Shown piece by piece: positions 11,734 to 23,700 of a stretch of 64,000 nucleotides of DNA. Within the stretch, counting starts at the first letter, position 1, and each line of letters begins with the position of its first letter. The stretch spans positions 62,001-126,000 of the forward strand of contig JAPETS010000012.1 of the NCBI GenBank assembly GCA_026023565.1. The letters are read 5' to 3'. The DNA comes from Cirrosporium novae-zelandiae. Its lineage: Eukaryota. The notes below the pieces were generated by a model. The model saw only the letters and a program-made list of their open reading frames with translations. It had not been told where the DNA came from and searched no databases. A program made the position numbers and the translations under genes.

Positions 11734-12101
11734 ATGCAGCCACCTACATTTCTACTCTGCTTCTTCTCTGTTATTCTTCTTACCTCAGTCTCTGCCTTAC
11801 CCCAAGGCGTCAGTCCCGTTGCACGAGCTACTCCATCAGCCTGTAAGTTCAAAAGACTTGACTAGTATTCCCATCAAAATTAACCCCTATCCTAGACTCT
11901 CTATCGAGCCCATACTTCGGAACAAGCGACGGCGACTCCTACTGTCCAGACACCTACACCTATCCAAACGGTACCACCATAAAAGAAAACGCATGCACTG
12001 TCGCAAAATCCAGTGCTTCCAATGGAGCAGGGAGAGTCCACCAAGTTGATTTTGCATTGATCGCTTTGGGTACCCTCGCAATTGGCATGATGGCCCTATA
12101 A
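11734..12101 (+). CDS. Small secreted, probably GPI-anchored protein, 104 aa, 2 exons (11734-11842, 11896-12101)
   Basis: Signal peptide MQPPTFLLCFFSVILLTSVSA-LP; intron GTAAGT..ATTAAC..TAG; mature part has 2 Cys and an NGT sequon; C-terminal SSASNGA followed by hydrophobic tail FALIALGTLAIGMMAL*; TATAAA upstream at ~11599. Confidence 0.75.
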
Positions 12102-13365
12102 CAGCCATGGTAGCCGTATGGCATTGAAGCTATGTGACTTGGAATTTTGAAGGATTTAAATTTCTGGTGATGAATTATGAATACGCTCGCTAAGAGATGA
12201 TACCCGTTTGCACATAAAAGGAATGAACTTTTGTTTTTGTTAGATATAGATATAATGGTCTGGTATCTGTGATTGTTGCTTAGGTTTGGTGAAGGAATAT
12301 TTAATTTATAATTGGATAATAGCTAGTCCTTACAACCGTCACTTTGCGAGCCTGTTGATACGGCTTATTGCAGACTATTCCTTGTTGAAACAAATGATAA
12401 GAAATCCTATCAAGAAGACAATCTAAATTATTCATATCAAAAATCCCTCCATATTCTTAGCCAAGACTCGTATATCTTCCTCCCAACTTCCCTTAAATTT
12501 ACCGACAATAAATCAAACCCATACCCCATATCCATGGCACCCAGAGTAAAATTAATCCATCGAAACCATACAGCAAAAAAAAAGGTGTTTGGTTTTCTGA
12601 CACTTTTCTAGAAAAATGAATTCCAACAAATGCAACAAACCGTAAAACTAGCTCCATCCATTTCCTAGGTATCAACGGTTCTCTCTTGGTACTTGTCCCG
12701 TAATACTTAGACTACCCACCAACTTCAAATCCTTCCACAGCCACAGCCACAGCCATAACCGAGTACCCCGAAAAGCCGACTGTGCACACGAAACAAGATC
12801 TTAAGATCTTCCTCTTAGGCTTTTGATGTCAGCCGCCGAAAGTATATATCTAATCAAGTTACTGTCTGTAGAAGGACGCACGTTCCGTAAGCATACGGCG
12901 GCATATGCAGCATCTGGAAGTTTGCTATTTTAGTTTCAGCAGTGGGAGGTAGAGGTTCAAATATAAGGTATGTGGCTTGTGCATGATAACCACGTTTTGA
13001 CTCGTATGGTATGTAGCGTTTGATGCGAACTGTGGTACTGATTGGTATGGCTGAGGGTATTTTTAGCCTTAGGCATAATTACCTTGTACTCCTCGAGTAT
13101 GAAGGCTAATCCCCGCTTGACCTGCATACAATACCTGTACCACAGTACGCGATGGCATAATATAGACTATAGCCTAAGCCTAAACAGGAAATGCACAAAA
13201 GCTATTCTCTGTTCATCGCTTAATGAGGTTAGATTTATTTCTCCAAAAATGCTGGTAGGCGGTAAGACATTTTAGCCCCGAAAGTAAATAAAACCGACAG
13301 AAAACCACATTTCTGCCCTTGCATTCCTTGACCGTCTTCTACTTTGATAACCACTCTCCTCTAAC

Positions 13366-13630
13366 AAGAACCATTTTGTGTACTTTTTACTATGGTTCAC
13401 GAAAACAAACTCTACATATTCTCTCCTTAGGTTGTTACCTAGGTATTCATCACTCGTTCTCAAGGGCGACAAACAATATCCACATTTCCCTCCTCCAACA
13501 AGAACCATTCTGTACACTTTCTACTGTGGATCACAAACAAACTACACCCATTTCCCTCCTGGGTTATTATTCATCATTCGCTCTCAAGAGCGAACAGACA
13601 GACAAACAATATTTACATTTCCCTCCAACC
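13366..13630. repeat. Two-copy imperfect tandem duplication (~130 bp unit) upstream of the J-protein gene
   Basis: CAAGAACCATT(T/C)TGT...TTCATCA(C/T)TCG(T/C)TCTCAAG...ACAAACAATAT..ACATTTCCCTCC occurs at ~13366 and ~13499. Confidence 0.85.
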
Positions 13631-13682
13631 AACCATCCACCTATCGACTCCTCTAAAAACAAAAGAAACAAAAACCACAACC

Positions 13683-14396
13683 ATGACCACCCCCACAGAC
13701 CTCCAATACCATGCGCTCTCCACAACCCACGACTACCTCTCCCTCCTCTCCCTCCCGCACTCCCCCCGTCCCACCCCCAGCGAAATCCGCAAAGCCTACC
13801 GCCGCGCCAACCTAAAATACCACCCAGACAAAGCCGGCGACTCTGAACCCGCGCGCGAAATGCACCACCTAATCCAAATCGCACGGGACGTACTCCTAGA
13901 TGAGAATCTGAGGGGAACCTGGGAAGAGAAATGGAGAGGGAAGGTGGAGGCGGAAAAGAGGAAGGAGGAGATGGGTGCTGGGAGGAGGAAGGGCAGAGAG
14001 GAGCTGGAGAGGAGAGAACAGGAGGCTAGGATGGGGGTTAAGAGGAGGTGGGAGGAAGAGGAAAGGGTGAGAGTTTTGGGTGAGGAGGGCAGAAAGAGGA
14101 GGAGGGAGTTGGGGGTTCGGAGGGAAAGGGAGAGGAGGGAGGAGGAGGTGGAGGAAGAACTACGGCGGCAGGGAGGAAAAGAACAGCACCAGAACCTCAA
14201 CAGCGAAACAACAACCTCAACCACCCAATCCCAATCTCACCCCCCCAATAAAAACCAAAACCAAACCACCACCAATGCAAAACCCAAACCCGCTGGATTC
14301 GAAAATACCATCCTCGCGAAAATGAAAGAGATGCAACGGAAGAAAGAAGAGGCGCAGAAACAAAAAGAGGAACAAACTGAGGCTGAGGCAGCTTGA
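13683..14396 (+). CDS. J-domain (DnaJ) protein, Cwc23/Cwf23-like splicing cofactor
   Basis: N-terminal J domain EIRKAYRRANLKYHPDK followed by a charged coiled-coil region (RKGREELERREQEA) and a C-terminal FENTILAKMKEMQRKK helix. Confidence 0.8.
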   Translation: MTTPTDLQYHALSTTHDYLSLLSLPHSPRPTPSEIRKAYRRANLKYHPDKAGDSEPAREMHHLIQIARDVLLDENLRGTWEEKWRGKVEAEKRKEEMGAGRRKGREELERREQEARMGVKRRWEEEERVRVLGEEGRKRRRELGVRRERERREEEVEEELRRQGGKEQHQNLNSETTTSTTQSQSHPPNKNQNQTTTNAKPKPAGFENTILAKMKEMQRKKEEAQKQKEEQTEAEAA

Positions 14397-14523
14397 TTAT
14401 TTGTTATATGTGCGGTTTGGGGATATGGGGAGAATTGCTTGCTTGATACATAGATATACAGAACAGATACCCCCCCTCCTAGTCCTTAGGGAACAGAGAA
14501 TAGATTAATTAATGAAGAACACG

Positions 14524-14525
<2 letters not shown>

Positions 14526-14556
<31 letters not shown>

Positions 14557-15310
14557 AAACGCAAAGCAAAGAAAATAAAAACATCTCAATATTTTTCTTC
14601 TTCTTCTTTATAATTCATAAAAGTCAATAGATAGATTAGATTATACGAATAATATCCATATCTATTTATATTAAATCTCAATCTCAATCTCAAGATCTTA
14701 AATTCTACATTTATATATAGAACCACATAACACACACACATATCTATCCATACATACATACATACACACAACCCCAACAAAATCGACCCACTACCGCGAT
14801 ATTTTCTGAATTTTCATATTTTCCTATTCTCTCACGTTTTTTTTCGAAAATTGTTCTTTATCTTTATTATGTAATTAATGTATATATATTTTCGAGAGAG
14901 GGAGAGAGGGAGAGAGGGAGAGAGGGAGAGAGGGAGAGGGTGATGGGTAGGTCTATCATAATATCATATCATACATAACACATGTACACGTTACATACAA
15001 ATACTCCCCCCCCCCACCCCAACCCTTCTCCCACCTCCCCACCAAAGAAACGAAATCTAGAATTTTCATGTCTCTTTTTTTTGTGGTGGTTGTAAAAAGG
15101 TGTTTGATATATATATATATGTATATATACCTAGGTATATAATGGCCGTATATCGTAAATTATTTTTCTTATCATAAATACACACATGCAATATATACAC
15201 ACACGTACACACAATATACATACATCTCTACCGTAGTATAGGTGATATAATAAAGTAGTACACTCCAGAACCCAGATTCCAGATTCCAGATTCCAGATTA
15301 CAGATTCCAG
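14526..15310. repeat. Microsatellite-rich convergent intergenic region: (CA)n, (GAGAGG)n, (TA)n, (CAGATTC)n
   Basis: Directly visible simple repeats at ~14526-14551, ~14893-14940, ~15107-15129 and ~15272-15310. Confidence 0.9.
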
Positions 15311-15709
15311 GAAGTCGGGAGCTGTGGGAAGGGGGGAGGAGGAAAAGGGGCACCAAAAAAATCCTAGCATGCATGCATACTGCCAGCTATACACCCCCCC
15401 TCAGTGTCCATACCCACACACACACACACACCCTTAGCATAGGTGATAAAGCGAACAGTTCAGATTCCAGGAGGCGGTTGGGGGGGGTGCCAACTGGTAA
15501 ATCCTGACATACCCCTCGTCCTCAGCGGGAAAGAAAGAAAGAAAGTGGTGGTGGTTTGGGAGGAGAAGGGGAGGGGGAAGTACCGGGAAATGCGAACATA
15601 CCCTCCCTTTCCTAGCGGGAAAGAAAGGGGTTGTTGGTTGTGGTGGGAGCACTGGAAAATCCTTCCTGGCATACACCACCTTTCCACCCCATCCCTCCTA
15701 CTCACCTCA

Positions 15710-16927
15710 TCATCTTCCCCTCAACTCCCTCAACCCCTCCACACCCTCCCGAACCCATCTCGGTACAATCGGCACAACCCCCACCCCTCCATCCTCCCAC
15801 TTAACCACAAACCGCGCCTCTGGATTATACAACCCAGGATCGCTCGCCCCGACAACCACATCCGTCATGATTTCCAACCGACAGAGCCCCAATCCCAGAT
15901 TCCCGATCCCAGCGATGAATTTCCCGGGCGTTCGACCGCGTTTTGTGGCGTGGGTTATGTTTGTGCCTAGGGGAGGGAGGGGTGTGGAGTCGGGGTTGTA
16001 AGTTAATTCTTGCGATGGCATACCATCACCATCAAGCCCATACAATATCAACGGCAAAATCCTCTTCCGCACAACACCCGTATGATGTGTTCGAATTGTG
16101 AGCTCCTGACCAACATAGCATCCCTTTCGGAAATCGATCCCGCCCATGAGGTCGATGTTGCTGTCTTGAGGGAGAGACTCGCCGGGGAGGATTTCTGAGG
16201 CGCCTTCTGCGATGCCGTAGAGATAGCGTCGGATTGTGTAGGTGGAGAGGGAGACGGGGGGGAGAGGGGGAGGAGGGGTGTTGGTGGGGGTGAGGGTTCG
16301 GAAACCAAAGGTGCCGCCGCCGCGGGGGTCGGGGAGAGTGAGGAAGGGGGTGGTGGTGGTGTTTGGGTTTGGAGTCTGGGGGTTGTTATCCGTCCAGTGA
16401 CTCCAGAGGGCGTAGGCAGATGGGTCTGGAAGCTGGATGTCGAGTTTCGAGCGCAGCTTGTGTCGTTTCAGGTGTTTGGCCAGGGTGTCGAGTGTTGCGC
16501 CATCAACCTCCACGAAGATGCTTGTAGTATCTTCATCCTCATCGCGACCCTTTGCGATTCCTGTGGTGGTACTTGATATGGCGGGAGCGAATATGGAGTT
16601 GTAGATGCGGCTTCCGCGATCGTGGTAGATGAAGACGTCGGCGATGACTCGTCCCGTTGGGTTCAGGAATGCCGCGTACGTGCCATTGCCATTTCCTACT
16701 GTCGTGGAGACGAGGCCCTGGAGGAAGGGAAGAGTGTCTCGGCCCCGTAGAGAAATTAGACGGCGATTTGTGAGGTGGACGCAACCGGCTGATGGGGGGG
16801 GTGGGGGGGGAGCCGAAGTGGATAGGAAGCGCCCGGAGCACCGGCGGGGAATGAATTGTCGGCCAGCTTTGGAGGTGAGATGTGTGGATATTGAACATAT
16901 TGAGATGGGTTTAGGAGAGGAGAACAT
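15710..16927 (-). CDS. IBA57: Mitochondrial Fe-S assembly factor IBA57/CAF17 (GcvT/YgfZ family)
   Basis: Basic/hydroxyl-rich presequence, AAFLNPTGRVIAD, KRHKLRSK and the signature GIDFRKGCYVGQELTIRTHHTGVVRKR. Confidence 0.95.
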   Translation of the reverse strand: MFSSPKPISICSISTHLTSKAGRQFIPRRCSGRFLSTSAPPPPPPSAGCVHLTNRRLISLRGRDTLPFLQGLVSTTVGNGNGTYAAFLNPTGRVIADVFIYHDRGSRIYNSIFAPAISSTTTGIAKGRDEDEDTTSIFVEVDGATLDTLAKHLKRHKLRSKLDIQLPDPSAYALWSHWTDNNPQTPNPNTTTTPFLTLPDPRGGGTFGFRTLTPTNTPPPPLPPVSLSTYTIRRYLYGIAEGASEILPGESLPQDSNIDLMGGIDFRKGCYVGQELTIRTHHTGVVRKRILPLILYGLDGDGMPSQELTYNPDSTPLPPLGTNITHATKRGRTPGKFIAGIGNLGLGLCRLEIMTDVVVGASDPGLYNPEARFVVKWEDGGVGVVPIVPRWVREGVEGLRELRGR

Positions 16928-18668
16928 TCTTTGGAAAGAGAGAAAGAGAGGAGGAGTTGCCTGAGGAGTACATGTATGTAATTATGCAAAACAGGGCTTT
17001 GATGAAACTTGTGCATGGAATTTCATTGTCAGAAAAAACAAAGGCTTGTATTGTACTGTACCACGGTATGACGGCAGTGGAGGTTTAACCTTTTCCCATG
17101 TGCGGAAGCTTGGTTTTGGTACTAATTAATTAGAAATAATCATTCTTGGATGTGGGATCATTTGGCTCATTATGCTTCTGTACCTCTCTCATTGTTTGCA
17201 AAAAATAATAATTCAGGGATTTATACATTACCTTTACGCGCCGTTGGAGAATCCGCTTTTTTTTTTGATTTTTCTTCGATTTGAACTTTAGATGCGCAAT
17301 GTCAATGAACCTCTAGACGATATAATGTTTCCTTTGTGGTCGCTCGTTTTGCTTCGTGTGGAAGCTTGCTTGCTCCTGGGATCCTGGGGAAATATTTAAG
17401 AGTGACTGCGTAGTTAGAGTAACCGTGTGTCTTCGACATTATATAACACTCCCATCTAGCTTAAGAAATGTCTATTTGTCCATCTAACATGTACTGTACA
17501 TGTACGTGGGTCTTGAGACTAGGCCCAAAACCAGCTTCGAGGAAATGGTAATTATAAAGTCAAGTGATGGCCTAGCTATTTCCTCTAAGCTAGAGTTAGA
17601 AGATATTGCTATTGATATCATATTGTTGTTTTAGAAGGGAGTGGAATGGACCTAATCACGTTATTATAGACGTCTCTACAAGCCTACTGTGAGCCACCAT
17701 CGCCCTGCCAGAAACCAGGTCCAACTAACTATCCTGTCACGGTACTCAATTACAACAATCCTACGTCTCTTCATCGCCTAATGACCTAAAGGTCGATGAA
17801 GTACTTTCCCCCTTCCCCGGTGAAGCTTATTGGTTGCATTTTCATCTTCGTAGATAATGTCGATCGGTGAGCAGGTTGTCTATCCTATCATGATGCTTCA
17901 ATGGAAAGGAAATAAATTGAGAAGGATGCGTTGACGTCGCACTCACGATGGAGAAGTTATTGGATCAGAGCCTTGGCCTTGGACACAATATAACACCCCG
18001 GGTCAAATTGCGCAAAAGGATTAGCGTATTGGAGAGGAGAGGAGAATTCTTCCATACACATTTCAATAGTTTTGAATTAGGTCGCCAAGACAAAGACATA
18101 GCATTCGGCTTCGAATCCTTTGAATATTGATACACCGTGCACAAGAGACTGAGAGGGGTGGTGGTAGACACGAATGAACTTGAGGTAAATAGATCAATTT
18201 ATTACATGTAGACTATTGCATGTAATTAGCTGTTGAAACGGCGTAAGAGAGGAGCGGATAATTTACTTGTTGGCATAATTTGTAGAAATGAGATTACGGT
18301 TGGTATTTTACCATTGATTGATGATTGATTGGATATTCTTGAATCCTTCGCCTCGTTATCGTTGTCCTTCTCGTTGGATAACCTGCGTGAAGGATTCAGA
18401 AGCGGGGCTAGACGCTGAGTGATGGCTGACTTTCATTTTTGACACACTCTCAATATTCATAATCATAATGTAATACAAAATGAACTTGGGTTGGTATTAA
18501 AAACAGCTATTCTTTAAACCCCGATGAAATAATCTACTTTCGTCTATCATTGTGGTACTAACAGGCAAGGAAGCCAATCTGCCAGAGGCAAAATCATGGT
18601 CACTCAAAGACGGTGAAAAACATGAAAATCTATTGCAACTCTATGCAACGATGCGAGTCGAGTTGCTT

Positions 18669-19554
18669 CTATGAAAAATGCATAGCTCTCTCCATCGACA
18701 GCCTCACCGCATCGGCAAGCATTCTCGTCGTCTTGATATCTGCAGGTATCATATGCCCTTCAGAGTGCATCACCAGAGTGGCATTGGCCTTGTCACATAG
18801 CTCATATAGTGCCTTGCCCTCACACAAATATCCATCCTTTGCTCCAACAATATGCGTTGTGGGAATTCGGATCAGCCCTTTATGTCCTTCCTTTGGGTCG
18901 AAAACACGGGTTCCTTCGTAATTAAATGGCCTCGAGCCACATATGAAGATTGCACAACGAAAGAGGGCGTACGGTGGATCCAAAGGATGCTCCTGGGCAT
19001 GATGGATGAGGATTGAAGCTGCGAGAGCAGCACCCTGGGAAAAGCCTATGATGCCGTCAAAAGGACCTTCATCTTCAATGACCTCTTGGACCAGAGCATG
19101 GGCTTCTGCTACCGTTTCTCGAGGCAAGCCGTCGGTTTTGTAAAGAAAGGGATAAAAGCTATAGTATGGACCTTCAAAGAGGTCGCCGATTCCTTGTGTC
19201 GATCAGTTTCTGTATATGTCAAAAGGAACGAATAGGACGTCGAGTAATATGACGGGGAACGGTTCCGTACCGGGGGCTGGACGACTGGAAAACTCTCCAT
19301 CCAGAAATTCGAATGTGGATAGGCCGTCTCGCGCTAGCTCAAGCCGCAAAGCCGCTGTTTGGAAAAGAAATGACCGATGTCAGTCAAAGGTGTTCGTTTG
19401 ATGCAGTTTGCCATGGGAATAAATATACCTGTTTGGATTTCAAAAACCTATGCACGTGGAGGTTAGTTACGTTTCAGCTTCCTCATCGTAGGACGAGAAT
19501 TCATTTGCTAACCTTTGCGCTGGTACCAGCACCATGGAGACAGAGAAACTTCAT
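18669..19554 (-). CDS. FSH1-family serine hydrolase/esterase (LovG/Fub4-like polyketide-releasing hydrolase), 4 exons
   Basis: Exon 1 19554-19513 MKFLCLHGAGTSAK; 19-nt exon 19447-19429; exon 3 from 19354; last exon has EGPFDGIIGFSQGAALAA, IPTTHIVGAKD and HSEGHMIP (Ser-Asp-His triad). Confidence 0.93.
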
Positions 19555-20724
19555 TTTGAATCTTGACCAGAACTATGGGGATTACAATGACTGGAGAGGA
19601 AAAAGCAATAACATAGCTTGCCAGCAATCGCATTGTCGCTAAGAAATGGCAAGGAGCTGCAATCAGACCACTGTTGAATGTCAAGCATGATGGCGGTGTC
19701 CCCGAGCTAGGTTCGCCGCATAGGTTCTCACAATTGTCAATGAAGAGATCTCCAATCCGGAAGATGGCGATCACTTCTTCGATGATAGCAATCCCAGGAC
19801 CATTTGGAAATCTTCGATCCACATCGGTGAGTGGTTAAACCCAGATGGCTCGATGGGCAGACTTGCTCAGGCCCCACTTTATGAGCGGAACTTGACCAAA
19901 GAGATTTATTTTACGATCGACAAATAGCGATGTATATCGCATTATCAGTCTCTGCAGCAATGTTAGCTGAATTTCCTACACTACCATTGTATCAACTTAC
20001 TCTTTGCCGTAATAGGTATGGCATTCTACAGGTCTCGGCGCTGACTGCGTCAATGGATTGGCGAACATCAACTGACGCGAAGAAGCTTGGTGGATAGCCG
20101 ACCATGTTACCGAGGCAAGGTAAGGCATATAGATTAGGCAGATGGATAATTTAGGACAATGGTCTTGTTCAGAAAATTCAAAATTGATAGAAGAAAGAAC
20201 GAAAAGTTTTTTTCCCTTGTTATTAGCTTCTTATAATGAGACTTGTTCAATTGAAGTTGGCTGGAGCTTCCTGGGGAAAGAGAAGGTTTTGGGATTTGGA
20301 CCGACACTACTGCACGCGGCGCATGTTCCGAGCGGTTGTCCCGGTTGTTCATTGTCCTTCCCTGTCCTTTTAGTCTCTTCATTCACACTTTCTTCGCTTC
20401 CCGTTATCCCGTAGGTATTGAGGCATTGACCGTTTGATAATCTGATCCTCGATCTATTCCTATTTACGTAAGGTATCTTGAAGCTCTTTGTTGAATACTC
20501 GCGTTCGCGGATATAGCGTTGTGGCCCAGCCGTTGGTGTCCTGTTACTTGCATGTATAGTCCACAAGAAGAAAAAGATGGAATCATTCAGCTTTCATGGA
20601 GCTGATAATAAGACATGTCTTCGTCTGCATGTGCTTTCATTTCGTTATATACAACTTATAGTCAGATTCTTCTCCTATTCTTTTCATCTTGATATTGTCT
20701 TCATCTTTGGAGACTGAAATTACG

Positions 20725-23700
20725 ATGCCTTTGATTAATGACTCTCCTAACACTTCACCAAATCTTAATGGTAACACATCTCTTGGAAATTACGCTGACG
20801 GAGATGGTATTACTACTCCTACGCCTCTGTCCAGTGAGGACATGCCCGTGAATGGTGGCACAAATGGACATGCCGCCGATTCACCAAGGACCAACGGTGC
20901 TGGACCTGTCATGTCTGGAACCAGGACCTTTGGCGACAAAACCATTCCAATTGCTATTGTTGGCATGAGCTGCCGCTTTCCAGGTGATGCAACAGATCCA
21001 GAGAAACTATGGAAGCTTCTAGTCGAACGACAGAGTGCATGGTCTGAGATTCCAAAATGTAAATTCAACGCCGATGCGTTCTATCATCCGGATCCCAGCC
21101 GTAGTGGCACGGTTAGCATTGTTTTGTTCTACTTGATGCAATTGACACTGTGCTTGACGCTTACATTTCTTACCTGCAGACTAATGTACGAGGGGGGCAT
21201 TTTTTGAAGGAGGATCTTGCTTATTTTGATGCATCTTTTTTTGGCATCTCCCCTAATGAAGCCAAGGTACGATCAATTGAATTTGTTCCATCTTATTTCT
21301 TGAATAATTCACTAAGCATTGCATCAGGCAATTGACCCCCAACATAGACTTCAGCTGGAGTCAGCTTATGAAGCATTGGAAAATGGTAAGCCCAAATATC
21401 TCATAGACACCTTTTTTATACGATATCCCAACTAAATATACCATGATGATTGGTGCAGCTGGAATTCCCATAAAAGACATAATCGGAACCGATACCGGGG
21501 TGTATACTGGAGTCTTCAATCACGACTACAAAGAGTTATCCCATCGTGATCCCGAGAATATTCCTATCTACCATGCCACCGGAACCGGAATGGCTATGCT
21601 GTCTAATCGACTATCCTACTTTTTTGATCTCAAAGGACCTAGTATTAGCATCGATACTGCTTGCTCTTCAAGTTTGACCGCCTTGCATTTGGCATGTATG
21701 AGCTTAAGAGCAGGAGAATCACCGCAAGCAATAGTAGGCGGGACGAACGCCATATTCAGTCCCGATTCATTCCTTACCATGACACGCCTCAAGTAAGTAA
21801 CTCTAGCGAATAAATTTGATAAAGATCTGAAACTAAAGATCGATAAAGCTTCCTCGGCCCAGAAGGCAAGTCATACGCGTATGATCACCGCGCCGCAGGC
21901 TATGGTCGAGGGGAAGGTGTGGGGACTGTGATCCTCAAACCTTTATATAAGGCTTTGCGCGATGGAAACCCCATCCGCGCCATTATTAGAGAGAGCGCAA
22001 CAAACTGTGATGGGCGCACGATGGGCATAACACTTCCGAGTAGAGGTGCTCAGGAAGTGTTAGTTCGCCAAGCATATAAAAATGCTGGCCTTGATCCTGC
22101 GGTCACAGATTTTGTAGAAGCCCATGGAACCGGCACGCCGGCCGGGGATCCCCTAGAAGCAGGTGCAATAGGCGCTGCTTTCGGTCCTGGCAGATCTCCA
22201 GATAGACCACTGTATGTGGGGTCAATCAAAACGAATTTGGGTCATTTGGAGGGTTCCAGTGGTGTTGCAGCCGTCATCAAGACAACATTGGCGCTGGAGA
22301 AAGGCTTAATCCCGCCAAATATTAATTTCGAGGAACCAAACAGCCGTATTCCAATGGAAGACTGGAAAATTAAGGTTAGTCTAATCACTACACTCACGGC
22401 CGAGGAGCCACTAAGAGTAGATAGATTCCCTTGGAGCCATTACCCTGGCCATCTACCGAAGTTCGTCGTGCCTCCATAAACAATTTTGGATATGGTGGTT
22501 CAAACGTTCATGTGATATTAGAGAGTACCGAAACCTACTTGAAATCGCATGGACTCTCAATCAACTCTGCTTCTCAGCCCCTACCAGCCGATGAGATAGC
22601 AAGGAAAAAAATCGCCACATTCACTGCCAACGATGAGACCGCCTGCAAGAATATAGCTGCTAATGTGGCGACTTACCTCAAGGCTCACGCAGATTGTGGT
22701 ACAGATTTACTAGATAACCTGACATTTACGCTCAATCAAAAACGATCGACCTTTCCGTTTCGAATGGCTTTTGCAACATCTTCCGTTGCAGATTTGACAG
22801 AGAAGCTTGAAGCAAAGAACCTCAAAGTCGTGAGAGCATCGAAAGAGCCTAAATTAGCGTTTGTTTTTACAGGCCAGGGCGCTCAATGGGCCACCATGGG
22901 CCACGAATTAATGGATTTCGAACCCTTTAAGGCGTCCATGATCAAGGCTGACCAATGTCTGAAAAGTCTTGGCTGTACTTGGTCGTTAAATGGTACGTCG
23001 ATTTTGTCTCATCTATCAGATCTGTTTCCATTTGTTGTATCCAAGAGCCATTATTCGAAACGGTAATTGATACTGTTAGCTTGGCCATGAGCTAATTGAA
23101 CTAGAGGAATTATCGCGCCACGAGAAGGTATCCAAAATTAGCGCTCCATTAATGAGCCAACCTCTTTGTACTGCGATCCAACTTGCTTTAGTGGATCTGC
23201 TCTCATCATGGGGAATTCGGCCAGGAGCGGTGACGGGCCATTCAAGCGGTGAGATCGCTGCTGCTTATGCTGCAGGTGCCTTTGATCACGATACCGCAAT
23301 GAAAGTTGCATATTTCAGAGGTGTAGTTTCTTCCAAAGTAGCTAATATGGAAAAACTCTCGGGCGGGATGATGGCTGTGGGATTATCAAGAGAGAAGGCA
23401 GAGCCTTACGTTGCGGAGATTTCATCTGGAAAGCTAGTTGTTGCTTGTGTCAATAGCCCCAAAAGTGTTACCATATCTGGAGACCTTGTGGCTTTGAACG
23501 AGCTAGGCGAGAAGCTTGAAGCCCAAAAGATATTTAATCGGAAACTAAGAGTAGAGGTGGCATATCATTCTCATCACATGAAAGAAGTTGCGGAGGAATA
23601 TCTGAACCTGATGGACTTTCTTACTCCTAGCCCGTCGTCTAGTGGGATCGATTTCTATTCGTCAGTCTCAGGAAGCCACAAATCGTTACAGGATCTAGAT

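Noticed and set aside
13319..13884. ORFs 13319-13846 (+) and 13567-13884 (-)
   Set aside because: Products of the tandem duplication and of the skewed J-protein coding sequence in other frames.
15443..16964. Plus-strand ORFs 15443-15970 and 16629-16964
   Set aside because: Antisense shadows of IBA57 and low-complexity repeats.
17800..18200. Possible additional cluster gene between IBA57 and the hydrolase
   Set aside because: Could not assemble a coherent spliced frame or recognise a domain.
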